From IMG/VR virus record IMGVR_UViG_3300048592_000259, positions 1 through 62,961 of that record: a stretch of DNA of 62,961 nucleotides; one strand, 5' to 3'. The position numbers and the translations under genes are program-made. The DNA comes from a virus (lineage: Duplodnaviria; Caudoviricetes). Shown one piece after another: positions 1-10,261 of this stretch. How positions within the stretch are numbered: position 1 is the stretch's first letter; every line of letters starts with the position of its first letter. The notes beneath the pieces are model-generated. The model made no database searches and was not told where the DNA came from. It saw nothing but the letters and a program-made list of their open reading frames with translations.

Positions 1-127
1 TCGCGGACGATCTGCGCGGCCTCGATCATCGCCGGCCGGATGTCGAGTTCGCCACCGAAGTCCACCTTCGCCCACGCGGGCGCGGCGGCGGTGAAGGCGT
101 GCAGGATGTTCTTGATGTCCGAGTCGT
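1..127. repeat. Terminal direct repeat identical to 62835-62961 (circular assembly overlap; unit genome ~62,834 bp)
   Basis: TCGCGGACGATCTGCGCGGC...GATGTCCGAGTCGT occurs identically at both ends. 127 bp matches a common assembler k-mer, and the repeat falls inside a continuous ORF. Confidence 0.95.
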
Positions 128-2396
128 TTTCCTCGGTCGCGAGGCTCACCAGGTCCGCGTTGCCGTACGCCTTCGCGAACAGCGCGGCGCGGTAGCGGTC
201 GACGAACTGCTTGGTGAATTTTCCCTCTTTCGTGACCAGGTTGTTGCGCTCGTCGGGCGGCACGGCGCGCAGGAACGACCGCAGCGCCGCGTCGTTGTCC
301 GGCGTGTCGATCGCACCGTTGTCCGAGACGTTCAGCCCCTCCGGATCCAGCGCGCGCGCGTCGTTCTGCGCTTGCTCGGGCGACGACAGGTTCAGGTGGC
401 TCTGCGGGTTCGACAGCGCGCCGATGTTCGGCCGCGCGTTCTCGGCGTCGTCGTAGACGCGCACCAGGATCGGGTTCTTGACCGCGGCAATCGCCTCGGG
501 CGGGATGCCGTGTTCCTTCGCGTTCTCGATCAGCGCTGCGCGGTACGTCTCCGCGCTCCCGCGCCGGTACGCCTCTTGGAGGCCCGCGACGCGGCCGTTG
601 TTGAGCGCGCGGATCGTGCCCGGCGCCGGCTTGGTGAAGTAGTCGCCGTTCACCGAGCCGTCGGCGTTGTTCGAGGCCAGCACGTCGTCGGCCTCGACGA
701 CCGCGTAGCGCACGCCGATCTTCGACCCGTCGCCCATGACGACGCGCGACGTGTGCCCGAAGTTCGTGTCCGGGATGGCCGAGGCGTTGGCGGCCACCGA
801 CACCATCGGCGCCGCCTCGTTCGGGGACTTGCCGGTGCCGAGACGATCGTAGTCGGGGTTGTTCGCGATCGCGTTCATCTGCGCGACCGACGCGGGCCGC
901 GAGCGGTCCCGCGGCTGCATCTGGAGGTCCGGCGGGCTCGTCACGTCGGCGCGCAGGGGCGCATTCGGCGGCGCGCCGGCAGGCTCGTACGGATCCGCCG
1001 CCGCGCCCGACTGGACGGCGGCGCCCGCGGCGCGCGCGACCGGGCCGGCATCGGGCTTCTCCCACGGCTTGGGCACCGAGAAGTCGCGCAGGGCCGAGTT
1101 GTCGGCGCGCGAGGCGGTCGCCATGCGGTCGAGCGCGGCGTTCGCGTCATCGTCGGACAGCGGGGGCAGGTCGGGCAGCGTGGAAGAGCCGCCCCCTTCC
1201 TCTCCCTGGGCGGCGGACGCGGGGCTCTTCTCCGCGGGGGCGACAGGCGCGGCGCCCGTCGCCGGCGCGGGCTCGCCGCGCAGCGCCGCGAGGCGGGCGT
1301 CCTCGGCCGCGCGCGCCGCGTATACCTCGTCGGCGTTCCGGTCGGCGTCCAGGCCCGGCGTCGGGTCGGGCGTGCCTTGGGGCGGCGGCACGATCGGCGG
1401 GCGCGTGACCGTCTCGGGCGACGGCAGGAGCCCGGTCGGGGCCGCGGCCGGCGCGGGGACCGCCTCGGGCTGGCGCCGCAGCCGTTCGATGCCGTGGCCG
1501 ATGCTGCCCGCGACGCCGCCGCCGAGTCCGCCGAGGATGCCCGCGTTCAGGATGTCCGACACGCCCTCGGGCGAGAAGGTCTTGATCGACGGGTCGACGT
1601 GTTCGACCGCCTTGCGCTCCAGGACGGTCTGCGCGCCTTCGGTCGTCGCCTCGGCGCCCACCTGCTTCGCGATGTCGACGAGCGCGCCGCCGCGCGGCTT
1701 CGCCTTCCCGACGACCTTCCCGATCAGCCGGGCCTCGGGCAGCACGTCGAGCAGGCCCGCCGGCACGCCGTAGCCGATCGCCGCGAGCGGGTCGGTCTTC
1801 CCGGTCTGCTCGTAGGTGTCGCCCTGGATCAGGCCCGCCTCGGTGCCGATCGACGTGGCGCCCGCGCCCGCGATCGCGCCGCGCTGGACCGCCTTGCCGG
1901 CGACCTTCGCGCCCGCCACCCCCGCCGCCTCGCGCGCCGCCTCCATGCCCGCGCCGCGCGCGATCGCCTGCCCGCCGGCCGCGCGCGCAGCTGCGGCGAC
2001 CGCGCCGCGGCCCGCGAGGTTCGCCGCGAAGCCGCCGACGCCGCCGCCCAGCGCCGACGTGACGGCGAACGGGGCGAGCTCGCCCAGGCCCCCGGCGACG
2101 TACTTCGCGGCGTCACCGACCGAGGCGATGTCCTCGAAGCGCGAGACGGCGCCCGCGTCCTTCTCGGCCGCGGCGCTCGCGCGCAGCGCGCCCTGCCGGC
2201 CGTAGTCCTTGAGCCCGTCGATGCCCGTCAGGTCGCCCGCGATCGACGTGAGGCCGTAGACCGCGCCCTTCGTCGCCTCGATGCCGCGCTTGACGCCCTT
2301 CTTGAACTCGCCGCCGAGGGTCGGGGGCTCGAAGCCGGACGTGAGCGGATCGAAGAACTCGGGCTGCTTCGCGAGCGGGTCGACGAACTCGGCCAT
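1..2396 (-). CDS. N-terminal part of giant DarB-like polyvalent virion protein, including a ddrB-like ParB domain; continues across the junction into 62834..51746
   Basis: ATG at 2396 after AGGAG, reading MAEFVDPLAKQPEFFDPL...; no in-frame stop seen to base 1. Position 65 equals 62899, in frame with the 3717-aa ORF. Motifs QPRDRSR, YAVVEADD, LNNGRVAGLQEAY and RAALFAKAYG fit ddrB-ParB. Confidence 0.88.
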   Translation of the reverse strand, partial: MAEFVDPLAKQPEFFDPLTSGFEPPTLGGEFKKGVKRGIEATKGAVYGLTSIAGDLTGIDGLKDYGRQGALRASAAAEKDAGAVSRFEDIASVGDAAKYVAGGLGELAPFAVTSALGGGVGGFAANLAGRGAVAAAARAAGGQAIARGAGMEAAREAAGVAGAKVAGKAVQRGAIAGAGATSIGTEAGLIQGDTYEQTGKTDPLAAIGYGVPAGLLDVLPEARLIGKVVGKAKPRGGALVDIAKQVGAEATTEGAQTVLERKAVEHVDPSIKTFSPEGVSDILNAGILGGLGGGVAGSIGHGIERLRRQPEAVPAPAAAPTGLLPSPETVTRPPIVPPPQGTPDPTPGLDADRNADEVYAARAAEDARLAALRGEPAPATGAAPVAPAEKSPASAAQGEEGGGSSTLPDLPPLSDDDANAALDRMATASRADNSALRDFSVPKPWEKPDAGPVARAAGAAVQSGAAADPYEPAGAPPNAPLRADVTSPPDLQMQPRDRSRPASVAQMNAIANNPDYDRLGTGKSPNEAAPMVSVAANASAIPDTNFGHTSRVVMGDGSKIGVRYAVVEADDVLASNNADGSVNGDYFTKPAPGTIRALNNGRVAGLQEAYRRGSAETYRAALIENAKEHGIPPEAIAAVKNPILVRVYDDAENARPNIGALSNPQSHLNLSSPEQAQNDARALDPEGLNVSDNGAIDTPDNDAALRSFLRAVPPDERNNLVTKEGKFTKQFVDRYRAALFAKAYGNADLVSLATEENDSDIKNILHAFTAAAPAWAKVDFGGELDIRPAMIEAAQIVR

Positions 2397-2399
2397 CGG

Positions 2400-3992
2400 T
2401 CACTTCTCCTGGGCGTAGCGAGCGCGGTACTGCTTGCGGAGGTAGTCGTCGTCGAAGCTCTTGTTCCGCGGATCGGCGCGCGCGAGCTTGAGGTAGTCGT
2501 CCTCGCTCGGGATGGTAGCGGGCTTCGCAGCGCCGCCGCCGGCCGGCAGCGAAACTTGGCGCGCCTGGCCGGTCGTCTCGTCGATGACGTACACCTGGTC
2601 GGGCAGCGTCGACAGCGGGTTGTTCGGGTCGCTGCCGCCCTTCGCGTGGATCGCCGAGTACTTCGGCGCCTTGGACTTCCCCTGCGCGGCCAGGATCGTG
2701 TCGACGAGCCGCGTGCGCTTGTCGGGGTCCGTCTCCGTCTCCAGCGCCGCGAGGTTGTCCGAGAGGCGCTTCCGATCGGCGAGGCCCATCGACGCGAGGT
2801 TCTGCGCGATCGCCTGCGACTGGACCTGCCCCGACAGGAGCGCGGCCTTCGCGGGCGCGTTGTCGCGCTGCTCGGCCAGGTTCTCGGCGCCCTGCGCGAG
2901 CGCGGCTTCCGCCACCGCGTCGCGGTTCGCGTCGACGCCCACCGCCGGGCGCGGCCCGAGCGGGATCTGGTTGTCGCGCACCTGGCCGGCGTACAGAGCG
3001 GCCGCGCGCATCGCGTTCTCGCGCTCCCCGCGGCTGTAGATGTTCGACCCGCCGATGTGCGTCAGCGTGCGCACCTGGTCGTTCGCCACCTTGGCCGCGT
3101 CCTTGCGCTCGGCCGCGTCGGCGTCGTACCGGGCGTTCGCCGCGGCCTGCTGGTTGCGCTGCCCGTACGCCGCCGCGACCATGCCCTTCTGCGCGCCGGT
3201 CACGGCCAGCGCGTTCGCGCGCTCCAGGTCCCCGCCGCGGACGTAGCCCGAGACGAGGGCGTCGACGTTCGCGAGGTCCTTCGAGTAGGTCGACGGCACC
3301 ACGTTCGTCGCGCCGGCACCCGCGTCCGCGCGCACGACGCCGCCGGAGTACTCGGTGCCGCCCGGACGCCCGCCGGGACCCGCGAGCGGGCCGGTACCGG
3401 GCGTCATCGTCACGCCGGCCGGAAGCGTGGCAATGCCTTGATCCTGCGCGGCCACGCCACCCGGCCGACCCGGCCAATCCGTCTGGCCTTGCGTCGGCGA
3501 CCCGGTGGCGGGGGGGGTGACGAGCGGCGAGGGAGCCGCAGGAGCCCCGGCAGGTTGCGGGGCGACCGGCTTGAAGTTGGCATCGAGGGCGGTCTTGATC
3601 GGCGCGACGGCCGCGGACGCGCCCTCTCGCATGAACTGGTCGGTGGGCCGCGTGAAGCGGTCGGGATCGTTCGGCTGGTAGCCCAGCGTCGTCAGGGCGG
3701 CGTTGCCCGCGGCGTCGAGGCCGGCCGCGAACGGGAGCGCGAAGGCGCCCGCCACGGCCTTCGCCGCGCCGCGGATCGGCGCCTGCGCGGCGTCGATCCC
3801 GTCGAGCAGACCGCCCGAGGGGTTCGAGGGGCCGCGCTCGTCGTCGATTTCCGGCGCGTTCGGCGTGCCCCCGCGCCGCGCGGACGCGCGCGCGACGGCC
3901 TGCGGCAGCTGACCGGTGATCGAACCGGCGACCTGGCGGGTGCCGAGGCCGGTGGGGCGTTGATCGTCCAACGTGTTGGGGTAGGGCATCAT
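2400..3992 (-). CDS. Putative internal virion (ejection) protein, 530 aa
   Basis: High-GC3 frame, Ala/Gln/Pro-rich and helical, coupled to the upstream gene, located just before the giant gene. Confidence 0.7.
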   Translation of the reverse strand: MMPYPNTLDDQRPTGLGTRQVAGSITGQLPQAVARASARRGGTPNAPEIDDERGPSNPSGGLLDGIDAAQAPIRGAAKAVAGAFALPFAAGLDAAGNAALTTLGYQPNDPDRFTRPTDQFMREGASAAVAPIKTALDANFKPVAPQPAGAPAAPSPLVTPPATGSPTQGQTDWPGRPGGVAAQDQGIATLPAGVTMTPGTGPLAGPGGRPGGTEYSGGVVRADAGAGATNVVPSTYSKDLANVDALVSGYVRGGDLERANALAVTGAQKGMVAAAYGQRNQQAAANARYDADAAERKDAAKVANDQVRTLTHIGGSNIYSRGERENAMRAAALYAGQVRDNQIPLGPRPAVGVDANRDAVAEAALAQGAENLAEQRDNAPAKAALLSGQVQSQAIAQNLASMGLADRKRLSDNLAALETETDPDKRTRLVDTILAAQGKSKAPKYSAIHAKGGSDPNNPLSTLPDQVYVIDETTGQARQVSLPAGGGAAKPATIPSEDDYLKLARADPRNKSFDDDYLRKQYRARYAQEK

Positions 3993-5869
3993 GCGCTCCC
4001 GTCAAAGCGGTACTGGTCGACGCGCTGATAGGCGTCCGTGACGCCTGCGGATCCGGACATGCCGGCCGAGACGTGCATCGCCGCGAACGCGCCCGCCGCA
4101 AGCTGCGACGTGCTGGCCGCGATCGTCTTCAGGGCCTCCACGCGCACCTTCATTTCTTCCAGCAGGCGCGCGAGAGACGAATCGAACTCCTTCACCTGGA
4201 TCTCGTAGTACGCCAGGTTGTTCCGCAGACGCGACTCCACGCGCGTCACGTCGACGCGGCGCTGTTCGGTCACGTCGGAAAGCTCGGCCCGATACTTGTC
4301 GATGTCCGCGGAGTACTCGGCCACCTGGGCGCGCACGATGTCGGTCCCGGACCCCACGCGGTCGCGCTCAGCGGCGATCAGCGCGGCGAACTCGGCGACG
4401 GCGGCGCGCAGACCCTCCGCGCGGGCGTTCACGATCGACACCTTCACGTCGGACTTCGCCTTGTAGCCCTCGATCGTCGCGGCGAACGCGCGCGCCGAGG
4501 CTTCCAGGAGTCCGACCTTCGCCGCCTCGCCCTCGACCTGGCTCTTGAAGGCGTCGAAGCGCGACTTCTCCGCGCCGACGCGCTCGGCGTACGCCTGGAC
4601 GCGCGCGCGGTACCCGTCGATCTTCGTCTTCTCCACGTCCGCGAACGCCTGCACGCCCGCGACCTGGCCCTTGTAGATTTCGATTTGCGTCGACACGGCC
4701 TGCACGCGCGCGGTGAAAATCTTCACCGTCTGCTCGTTCAGCTGCCCGATGGCCTGCTGCGCCTCGACCTGGGCCTTGAACCCTTCGATTTCGGCGAGCG
4801 CGGCGCGGATGCGCGTCTCGAACACGCGCGCCTTCGCCTCGTAGGCGCCGACCATCGCGTTGAAGACGGTCGCCTTCGCGTTGTACAGCGCGATGTCCGC
4901 CTCGACGCGGTACCGCGCGGCCTGGAACATCCGGTCGGCGAGCGCCAGGTACCGCTGGGTCAACTGCGCTTCGAGCGCGATGCCGTTCGTGACGGCGAAG
5001 CGAAGGTTTTCGATTTCCCACGTCGCCGCCTGGACCAGGATGTCCCGCGCGATCGTGCCGGCGGCGAGCCGCGCCGTCTCTCGTGCGCTGTTCACCTGCT
5101 CGACGAGCATCCCCGGCGGCATCTCGAAGCCGCGCGCCGCCCAATCGCTGAACGCCTGGTCGACGGCGCGCTCGCCGTCCTGGTCGACGCGCACGCGCGC
5201 GCGATCGAACAGGGCGCTCTCGACGGCCGGCGTCAGGCCGGTCCCGCCGCCCAGCATGGTCGTCACGCGCGCCTTGAGCGTGTCGAACAGGTCGCTCTCG
5301 TACGGCGTCTCGGTCCAGTTCAACTCGACCGACGGCGCGACCTCGGCCCACACGGGCGCCGTGTCGCCGAAGGTCGGCATCGTCGGCGCGACGAACGTGG
5401 GGATGCTCACGGCGAGCATCGCCCCGACCTCGGGCAGCGTGATCGTCGGCGCGTCCGGGACGGTCGGCAGGTTGACCGGCGGCGCCTCGGGCACGCCCGA
5501 CGTGTCGATCGCGGCCGGCGAGTCCGGGATGTTGACCTGGGTGATCGGCGGCACGAACGTCGGCACGTCGTCGACCGTGAGCGCGAGCCCTTCCAGAAGC
5601 TCGGACCCATCGCCCATGACCGGGATCGACATGGGCGCCGGCAGCGACAGGATCGGCTTGTCGGGCGCGTCCAGGTCTTGCCGGTTCGGCAGCGTGTCGT
5701 CGGGCAGCGTGAACTGCGGCGGGAGGACGCCCCCGAGCGGCGACGGGAGATCCGCGAGCGCCGCGGTCGCCTCCTTGGCCTGCTGGAGCGCGTCGTCCGC
5801 GCGCGCGGCCATCGACGAAATCTGGTCCTTGACCAGGTTGTACGGGCGGTCGTAGTACTCGGAACCCAT
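3989..5869 (-). CDS. Virion structural protein, 626 aa (Pro-rich N-half, coiled-coil C-half)
   Basis: True start MGSEYYDRPY at 5869 overlaps the stop of the upstream gene (TGATG); the longer ORF-track N-terminus is off-frame shadow. Confidence 0.75.
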   Translation of the reverse strand: MGSEYYDRPYNLVKDQISSMAARADDALQQAKEATAALADLPSPLGGVLPPQFTLPDDTLPNRQDLDAPDKPILSLPAPMSIPVMGDGSELLEGLALTVDDVPTFVPPITQVNIPDSPAAIDTSGVPEAPPVNLPTVPDAPTITLPEVGAMLAVSIPTFVAPTMPTFGDTAPVWAEVAPSVELNWTETPYESDLFDTLKARVTTMLGGGTGLTPAVESALFDRARVRVDQDGERAVDQAFSDWAARGFEMPPGMLVEQVNSARETARLAAGTIARDILVQAATWEIENLRFAVTNGIALEAQLTQRYLALADRMFQAARYRVEADIALYNAKATVFNAMVGAYEAKARVFETRIRAALAEIEGFKAQVEAQQAIGQLNEQTVKIFTARVQAVSTQIEIYKGQVAGVQAFADVEKTKIDGYRARVQAYAERVGAEKSRFDAFKSQVEGEAAKVGLLEASARAFAATIEGYKAKSDVKVSIVNARAEGLRAAVAEFAALIAAERDRVGSGTDIVRAQVAEYSADIDKYRAELSDVTEQRRVDVTRVESRLRNNLAYYEIQVKEFDSSLARLLEEMKVRVEALKTIAASTSQLAAGAFAAMHVSAGMSGSAGVTDAYQRVDQYRFDGSA

Positions 5870-7065
5870 CAGATCCTCCGCGAGGACGGGTCGAGGGGCA
5901 CGCGCGCGTCGGTCACGCGGATCATGTCGCCTTCGACGTTGCCGATCAGGAAGCGCCAGAAGCGCGACCGTGCGCCGCGCCCGATGCGGGTGCGGTTGAC
6001 GGTCGGCGCGGTCGCCGTGCGCTCGGGGAAGTCGTAGAAGTAGCGCTCCTCCACGCCGTTGCCGGTGATGCCGATGCCGAAGCGCATGCGGCCGCCCGAG
6101 TACGCGACGTAGGCGTAGCTCGCGTGGCGCAGCGACGTGTCCGCGCGCGCCTTCTCGGTCGCGGGCGTCGCGGTGTCCTGCATGCCGGTGGTCGCGAGCG
6201 CGTCGATCGGCTCGCCCTCGTCGTCGTCGCCGGTCATCGCGAAGATGCCGTCGGCCGTCGCCGCGAAGATGATCCCGCCGATCACGGCGATCGCCTCGAT
6301 CCGCTTGTGCGTGTAGCGGGACATCGCGAAGGTGTCGGTCGACGCCGCCCATGCGCCGCCCACGTCCTGACTGTCGCCCGCGTCGTCCGCCAGGAACACG
6401 GCCTCGCGCGCGGTGTTCGACCCCTCCGCGACGTGCGACGCGGCGTCGTTCAGGCGGAACGACTCGTCCGCCTCGTTCACGAACGTCCCGCGCGACTGCC
6501 CAGCGTCGTTCAGGACGAACGCCTCGAAGGCGTGCTGGTGGATGGTCTGGCGGTCGATCGCCGTGCTGTGCAGCGTCAGGGCCTCCGACAGCATCCGGAA
6601 TGCCTGCTGGTGGGTCGCGGCCGACACCAGCACCGACTCGGCGGCGTGGTTGACCAGGCGGGCGCCGAAGCCGGCCCGATCGTCGAACACGAACGACTCG
6701 CGCACGCGCTGGGCCGGGATCTTCGCCGCCGCGCCGTCGTTGAAGACCAGGGCCTCCGCGACCAGGTTGCGCTGGGTCGACCGCAGGCGATCGCCGATGA
6801 CGACATGCTCGACCGCCTCGTTCATGCCCTCGACGACGTTCTTCGTCGCGTCGCCCAGGGCCAGCGCCTCGCGCGCGAAGGCGATGACGGTGCGCATGCT
6901 CGCGCCGTCGTCCAGCACCATGACCTCGACGACCTTCTGCGCCACCTTGCTCGCGCCCTGGCCGTCGCCCAGCGCGACCGCCTCCACCGCACGCGAGACG
7001 GTGGCGGCGCGCAGGTGGTCGTTCAGCGCGAAGGATTCCTCGGCTACGTCGCAGGGCTCGGCCAT
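5869..7065 (-). CDS. Virion structural protein, 398 aa, with ~21-aa AxExxxLxD repeats
   Basis: Coupled start/stop overlaps on both sides; repeats such as AEESFALND, AVEAVALGD, AREALALGD, ADESFRLND. Confidence 0.75.
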   Translation of the reverse strand: MAEPCDVAEESFALNDHLRAATVSRAVEAVALGDGQGASKVAQKVVEVMVLDDGASMRTVIAFAREALALGDATKNVVEGMNEAVEHVVIGDRLRSTQRNLVAEALVFNDGAAAKIPAQRVRESFVFDDRAGFGARLVNHAAESVLVSAATHQQAFRMLSEALTLHSTAIDRQTIHQHAFEAFVLNDAGQSRGTFVNEADESFRLNDAASHVAEGSNTAREAVFLADDAGDSQDVGGAWAASTDTFAMSRYTHKRIEAIAVIGGIIFAATADGIFAMTGDDDEGEPIDALATTGMQDTATPATEKARADTSLRHASYAYVAYSGGRMRFGIGITGNGVEERYFYDFPERTATAPTVNRTRIGRGARSRFWRFLIGNVEGDMIRVTDARVPLDPSSRRI

Positions 7066-9635
7066 CAGAACACTCCCACGATGCAGAAGTTGCCGCCGAG
7101 AAGCTCGGGCAGGGTCGAGGCGCCCAGCACCGCGCTGTCGGTGGACGCGAACGGATTCAGGACCTTATCGTATGCGAGAACATCGGTCGGCCCGAGGCAG
7201 TTCGAGTTAATTTGGATGAACTGCGTAAGCTGTGTCTCATCGTCGGGCGACTTGATGAACCACAGCGGGCGCCAGCCGGCGTTCACGCGCGTCTCGTTCC
7301 AGACCTTGACCAGCGGGAAGGCCGAATCCGAGGCCAGCCACACGTCGAGGACCTGGGTGAAGTCCCCGAAGGTCGTCGTCGAGAAGGTGTACCAGCCCAG
7401 GCTGAACGACTCCTTCGTCACGATCGACGCGACGGGCGCCCCGATCGACAGCCAGTTGCCGCTGTCGGCCATGTCGATGCGGGTCTGGTGATTCGGCCAG
7501 AGCTGGCTCCCGATCGAGAACGTGTGGCTGAACCCCTGCACCGTGTTGTCGCCGAAGCCCGTCGGGCTGTTGTAGTAGCCGATGTTCGGGTCGCCGACCG
7601 CCTCGTAGTGGAACAGGTGGAAGTGCGATACCTCGCGCTTTTCGCGGAGCAGGGCGTAGTAGTAGGCGCACCGATCGTTGAACGGCACGGCGATCGCCGA
7701 ATGCAGGCCAAGCTGCGAGTAGCTGTCGCGCCACTCGTCCCACCCGAACTTCTTCATGCGCCAGACCGAGCGCGGCTGGTCGAGCATGTTCGACCACGGG
7801 ATCGGCGGATCGAATCCGCGGTCGATGTAGTCTGACGTGCGATCGCCCGACCCCATCGTGGTCGCCAGCGTCTCGTAGTAGCCGGCGTCGACGCGCTTGA
7901 ACGTCTCGATGTAGACCGCCTCGCCAAGCTCCGCGCGATCGTCGAATACCGACGTGTAGAACATGCCGGGGATGCCGAAGGGCCCGGTGTGCGTCTCGCG
8001 CGTGAAGTTGCCGATCGGGATGTCCTCGTTCCCGGTGTAGCTGTCGTTCGTGACGTAGGTGGGCGCCGTCCGCGGGTCGAAGAAGTACTTCACGACGTGC
8101 AGGTCGTTGCCCTGGAACATGACCATCATCGTCGTGTCGCACTTCGGCGGCGGCGCCGACGTGGACCCGTCCGACCGCATGTCGTGGGACATCAGGTAGC
8201 CCAGCATGGGCTCGGGGAACTTGATCTGCTGGTAGGGCGCGGTCCCGCCGTGGAAGATGCGCCCCTCGCCGGCCTTCCCGAAGCCCGACGCGCCCGGCGA
8301 CGCGAGCGGCGTCGCGACGATTTCGTCGAGCGCCTGGTAGCACGCCTCGCGGCCGTCCTGATTCAGGATGCCGAACAGCGCGTCAATCTGGCCCTGCCCG
8401 AGACGGTCGATCTTCCACAGGTTCGCGTCCATCGTGTCCGGGTGATCGTTCCGGAGCTCGACCATGCGCTGCTTGAGCGTGGTGGCGCCCTTCGGCGGGT
8501 CGACCGCCACCGGGATCAACTGGATCTTCGCGCGGTAGTGCACGCCGCGCTGGTAGCGGTCCGTCGGGTCGTAGGTCCAGGCGGTGTTGTGCGCCTCGCT
8601 GCCGCGCTCGTTGAAGGCCCACCCCATCGTCGTGCCGTACGCCTCGAAGTCGTTGTAGAACGCGGCGACGGGTTCCTTCGGGACCAGCTGCACGATCTTG
8701 CCGGCGCGCACCCAGGCGTCGAAGATCGTCTCCAGCGCGGGGAACGTCTCGCCGGTCGGGTACCCGCCGAACAGCGACAGGGCTTCCTCGCCGGCCGTGT
8801 CGCCCATCTTCTCGACGAGCGTCGCGAAGTCCTCGGTCGTCGTCTCGGGGAACAGCGGGAGCGGCATCGCGATGATGCCGCGCGTCGCGCTGATTTCGAC
8901 CAGCCACCACCCGCCGTCGTTGTCCTTGGTGAGGCCGTGGGTCCGGTAGAACCGGAAGTCGTAGCGAAGCTGCCGGCCGTCGACCAGCACGGTGCGCTCG
9001 TAGAGGCTGATCGTCTCGTCGAGCGAGTCCACGTCTTCCTCGTCGTCGAAGAACTCGACGGCGTTCGCGTAGATGGACTTCTTCGCCTGGCGCCCGAAGC
9101 CCAGGAGGATCTGTACGAGCTTGCGCATCGACCCGCTGAACAGCGACGCGCGCAGCCGCGAGTACTGCGTCCATCGGAAGTTGCCCGACTCCGGCCCCTG
9201 GTACTCCTGGAACTCCTGCCACGGGCGGACGGCCAGCTTGCGCATGCGCTGGACGCTGGCCTTGAGCTTGAACAGGCGCGCGCAGTCGGCCGTCGGGCGG
9301 AAGGCGCGAAGGTACTGCTCGCCGTCGATCGTTTCCAGCGTGCCGTTCGAGACGACGCCCGACACGAAATCGGGGCGCTTCGTCTCGACGACCTCGAACG
9401 ACGTGTCCTCGGGCTCGGGATCCGCGACGATCTGGACGATGTTGACCCCGCCCGCGCTGATCGCGTAGGCGTAGGCCGATGGCGAAAGGGGGATGTACCC
9501 CTTCAGCATCGTCAGGCCGCCGGCCGATCGCCGCTGGATCACGCGGTCGAGCAGCTGCATCGCCTGCGGGAGGTACCTGCGCCCGGAAGTGCCCGAGCGG
9601 ACACTTACCGGGGGCAGGTCGAACCGCGTCGTCAC
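7065..9635 (-). CDS. Virion/tail structural protein, 856 aa
   Basis: Long high-GC3 ORF within the morphogenesis operon; function inferred from position. Confidence 0.75.
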   Translation of the reverse strand: MTTRFDLPPVSVRSGTSGRRYLPQAMQLLDRVIQRRSAGGLTMLKGYIPLSPSAYAYAISAGGVNIVQIVADPEPEDTSFEVVETKRPDFVSGVVSNGTLETIDGEQYLRAFRPTADCARLFKLKASVQRMRKLAVRPWQEFQEYQGPESGNFRWTQYSRLRASLFSGSMRKLVQILLGFGRQAKKSIYANAVEFFDDEEDVDSLDETISLYERTVLVDGRQLRYDFRFYRTHGLTKDNDGGWWLVEISATRGIIAMPLPLFPETTTEDFATLVEKMGDTAGEEALSLFGGYPTGETFPALETIFDAWVRAGKIVQLVPKEPVAAFYNDFEAYGTTMGWAFNERGSEAHNTAWTYDPTDRYQRGVHYRAKIQLIPVAVDPPKGATTLKQRMVELRNDHPDTMDANLWKIDRLGQGQIDALFGILNQDGREACYQALDEIVATPLASPGASGFGKAGEGRIFHGGTAPYQQIKFPEPMLGYLMSHDMRSDGSTSAPPPKCDTTMMVMFQGNDLHVVKYFFDPRTAPTYVTNDSYTGNEDIPIGNFTRETHTGPFGIPGMFYTSVFDDRAELGEAVYIETFKRVDAGYYETLATTMGSGDRTSDYIDRGFDPPIPWSNMLDQPRSVWRMKKFGWDEWRDSYSQLGLHSAIAVPFNDRCAYYYALLREKREVSHFHLFHYEAVGDPNIGYYNSPTGFGDNTVQGFSHTFSIGSQLWPNHQTRIDMADSGNWLSIGAPVASIVTKESFSLGWYTFSTTTFGDFTQVLDVWLASDSAFPLVKVWNETRVNAGWRPLWFIKSPDDETQLTQFIQINSNCLGPTDVLAYDKVLNPFASTDSAVLGASTLPELLGGNFCIVGVF

Positions 9636-9636
9636 A

Positions 9637-10242
9637 TCAGCTGTCCGACGCGCTCACTTCGTAGCCGCACAGCCAGGTGTCGTCATCGTTCGCGATGCGC
9701 ACCGTGCCGAATTTCACGGCCGAGATGAGAACGCCGGTCGTGCCCGCGCGCGTGTTCACCGACAGCAGGCCGGCGCCGTAGATGTTCAGCGTCGTCGTGC
9801 AGTTGATGGTGAACGCGGCCATGCTCGCGGCGTTGGTGATCTTCCCCGCCGCGGCGCTCGCCGGGACGAACTGCTGGCGCGTCGACTCGACGTAGCCCTC
9901 GGTGCCCGAGTTGATTTCGCCGCTGTTCGCCGCGAAGTTCGCCGCCGTCCAGTTGGCCGCGGGCGTCGCGTTGTTGCCGTAGGGCGCGATGTACCAGGCC
10001 GCGTTCTTCGCGGTGCCGCCCAGCACCACGTCGAGGATGTGCAGGATGCCGGCGTCCGGGACCAGGTTCTTGTGCCGGCGGAAACTGGCGGGCAGGCCCT
10101 TGATGCCCTCGACGTAGTGATTGTCGAAGCGGAGCGAGCCGCCGAAGACCAGCACGCCGCCGTCGACCGTGCGCTCGAAGTTCTCGCGACGGACCGCGCG
10201 CAGGATGTCGGCGCCGAAGCGTTGGATCAGGTTGCGGGACAT
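9637..10242 (-). CDS. Virion structural protein, 201 aa
   Basis: SD AAGGAG before ATG; beta-rich, Ala/Thr/Gly-rich composition typical of tail proteins. Confidence 0.75.
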   Translation of the reverse strand: MSRNLIQRFGADILRAVRRENFERTVDGGVLVFGGSLRFDNHYVEGIKGLPASFRRHKNLVPDAGILHILDVVLGGTAKNAAWYIAPYGNNATPAANWTAANFAANSGEINSGTEGYVESTRQQFVPASAAAGKITNAASMAAFTINCTTTLNIYGAGLLSVNTRAGTTGVLISAVKFGTVRIANDDDTWLCGYEVSASDS

Positions 10243-10261
10243 GGCTATCTCCTTGGGGTGG

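Noticed and set aside
1-127. Terminal repeat as a biological direct terminal repeat
   Set aside because: Length equals a usual assembler k-mer and it cuts through a coding region, so it most likely reflects a circular assembly
99-4028. 1309-aa plus-strand ORF and similar long ORFs (11542-15411, 51509-54556, 54773-58978, 16199-18664, 21965-24406)
   Set aside because: Arg/Val/Gly-rich antisense shadows of real minus-strand genes, expected in high-GC DNA; no motifs or start signals
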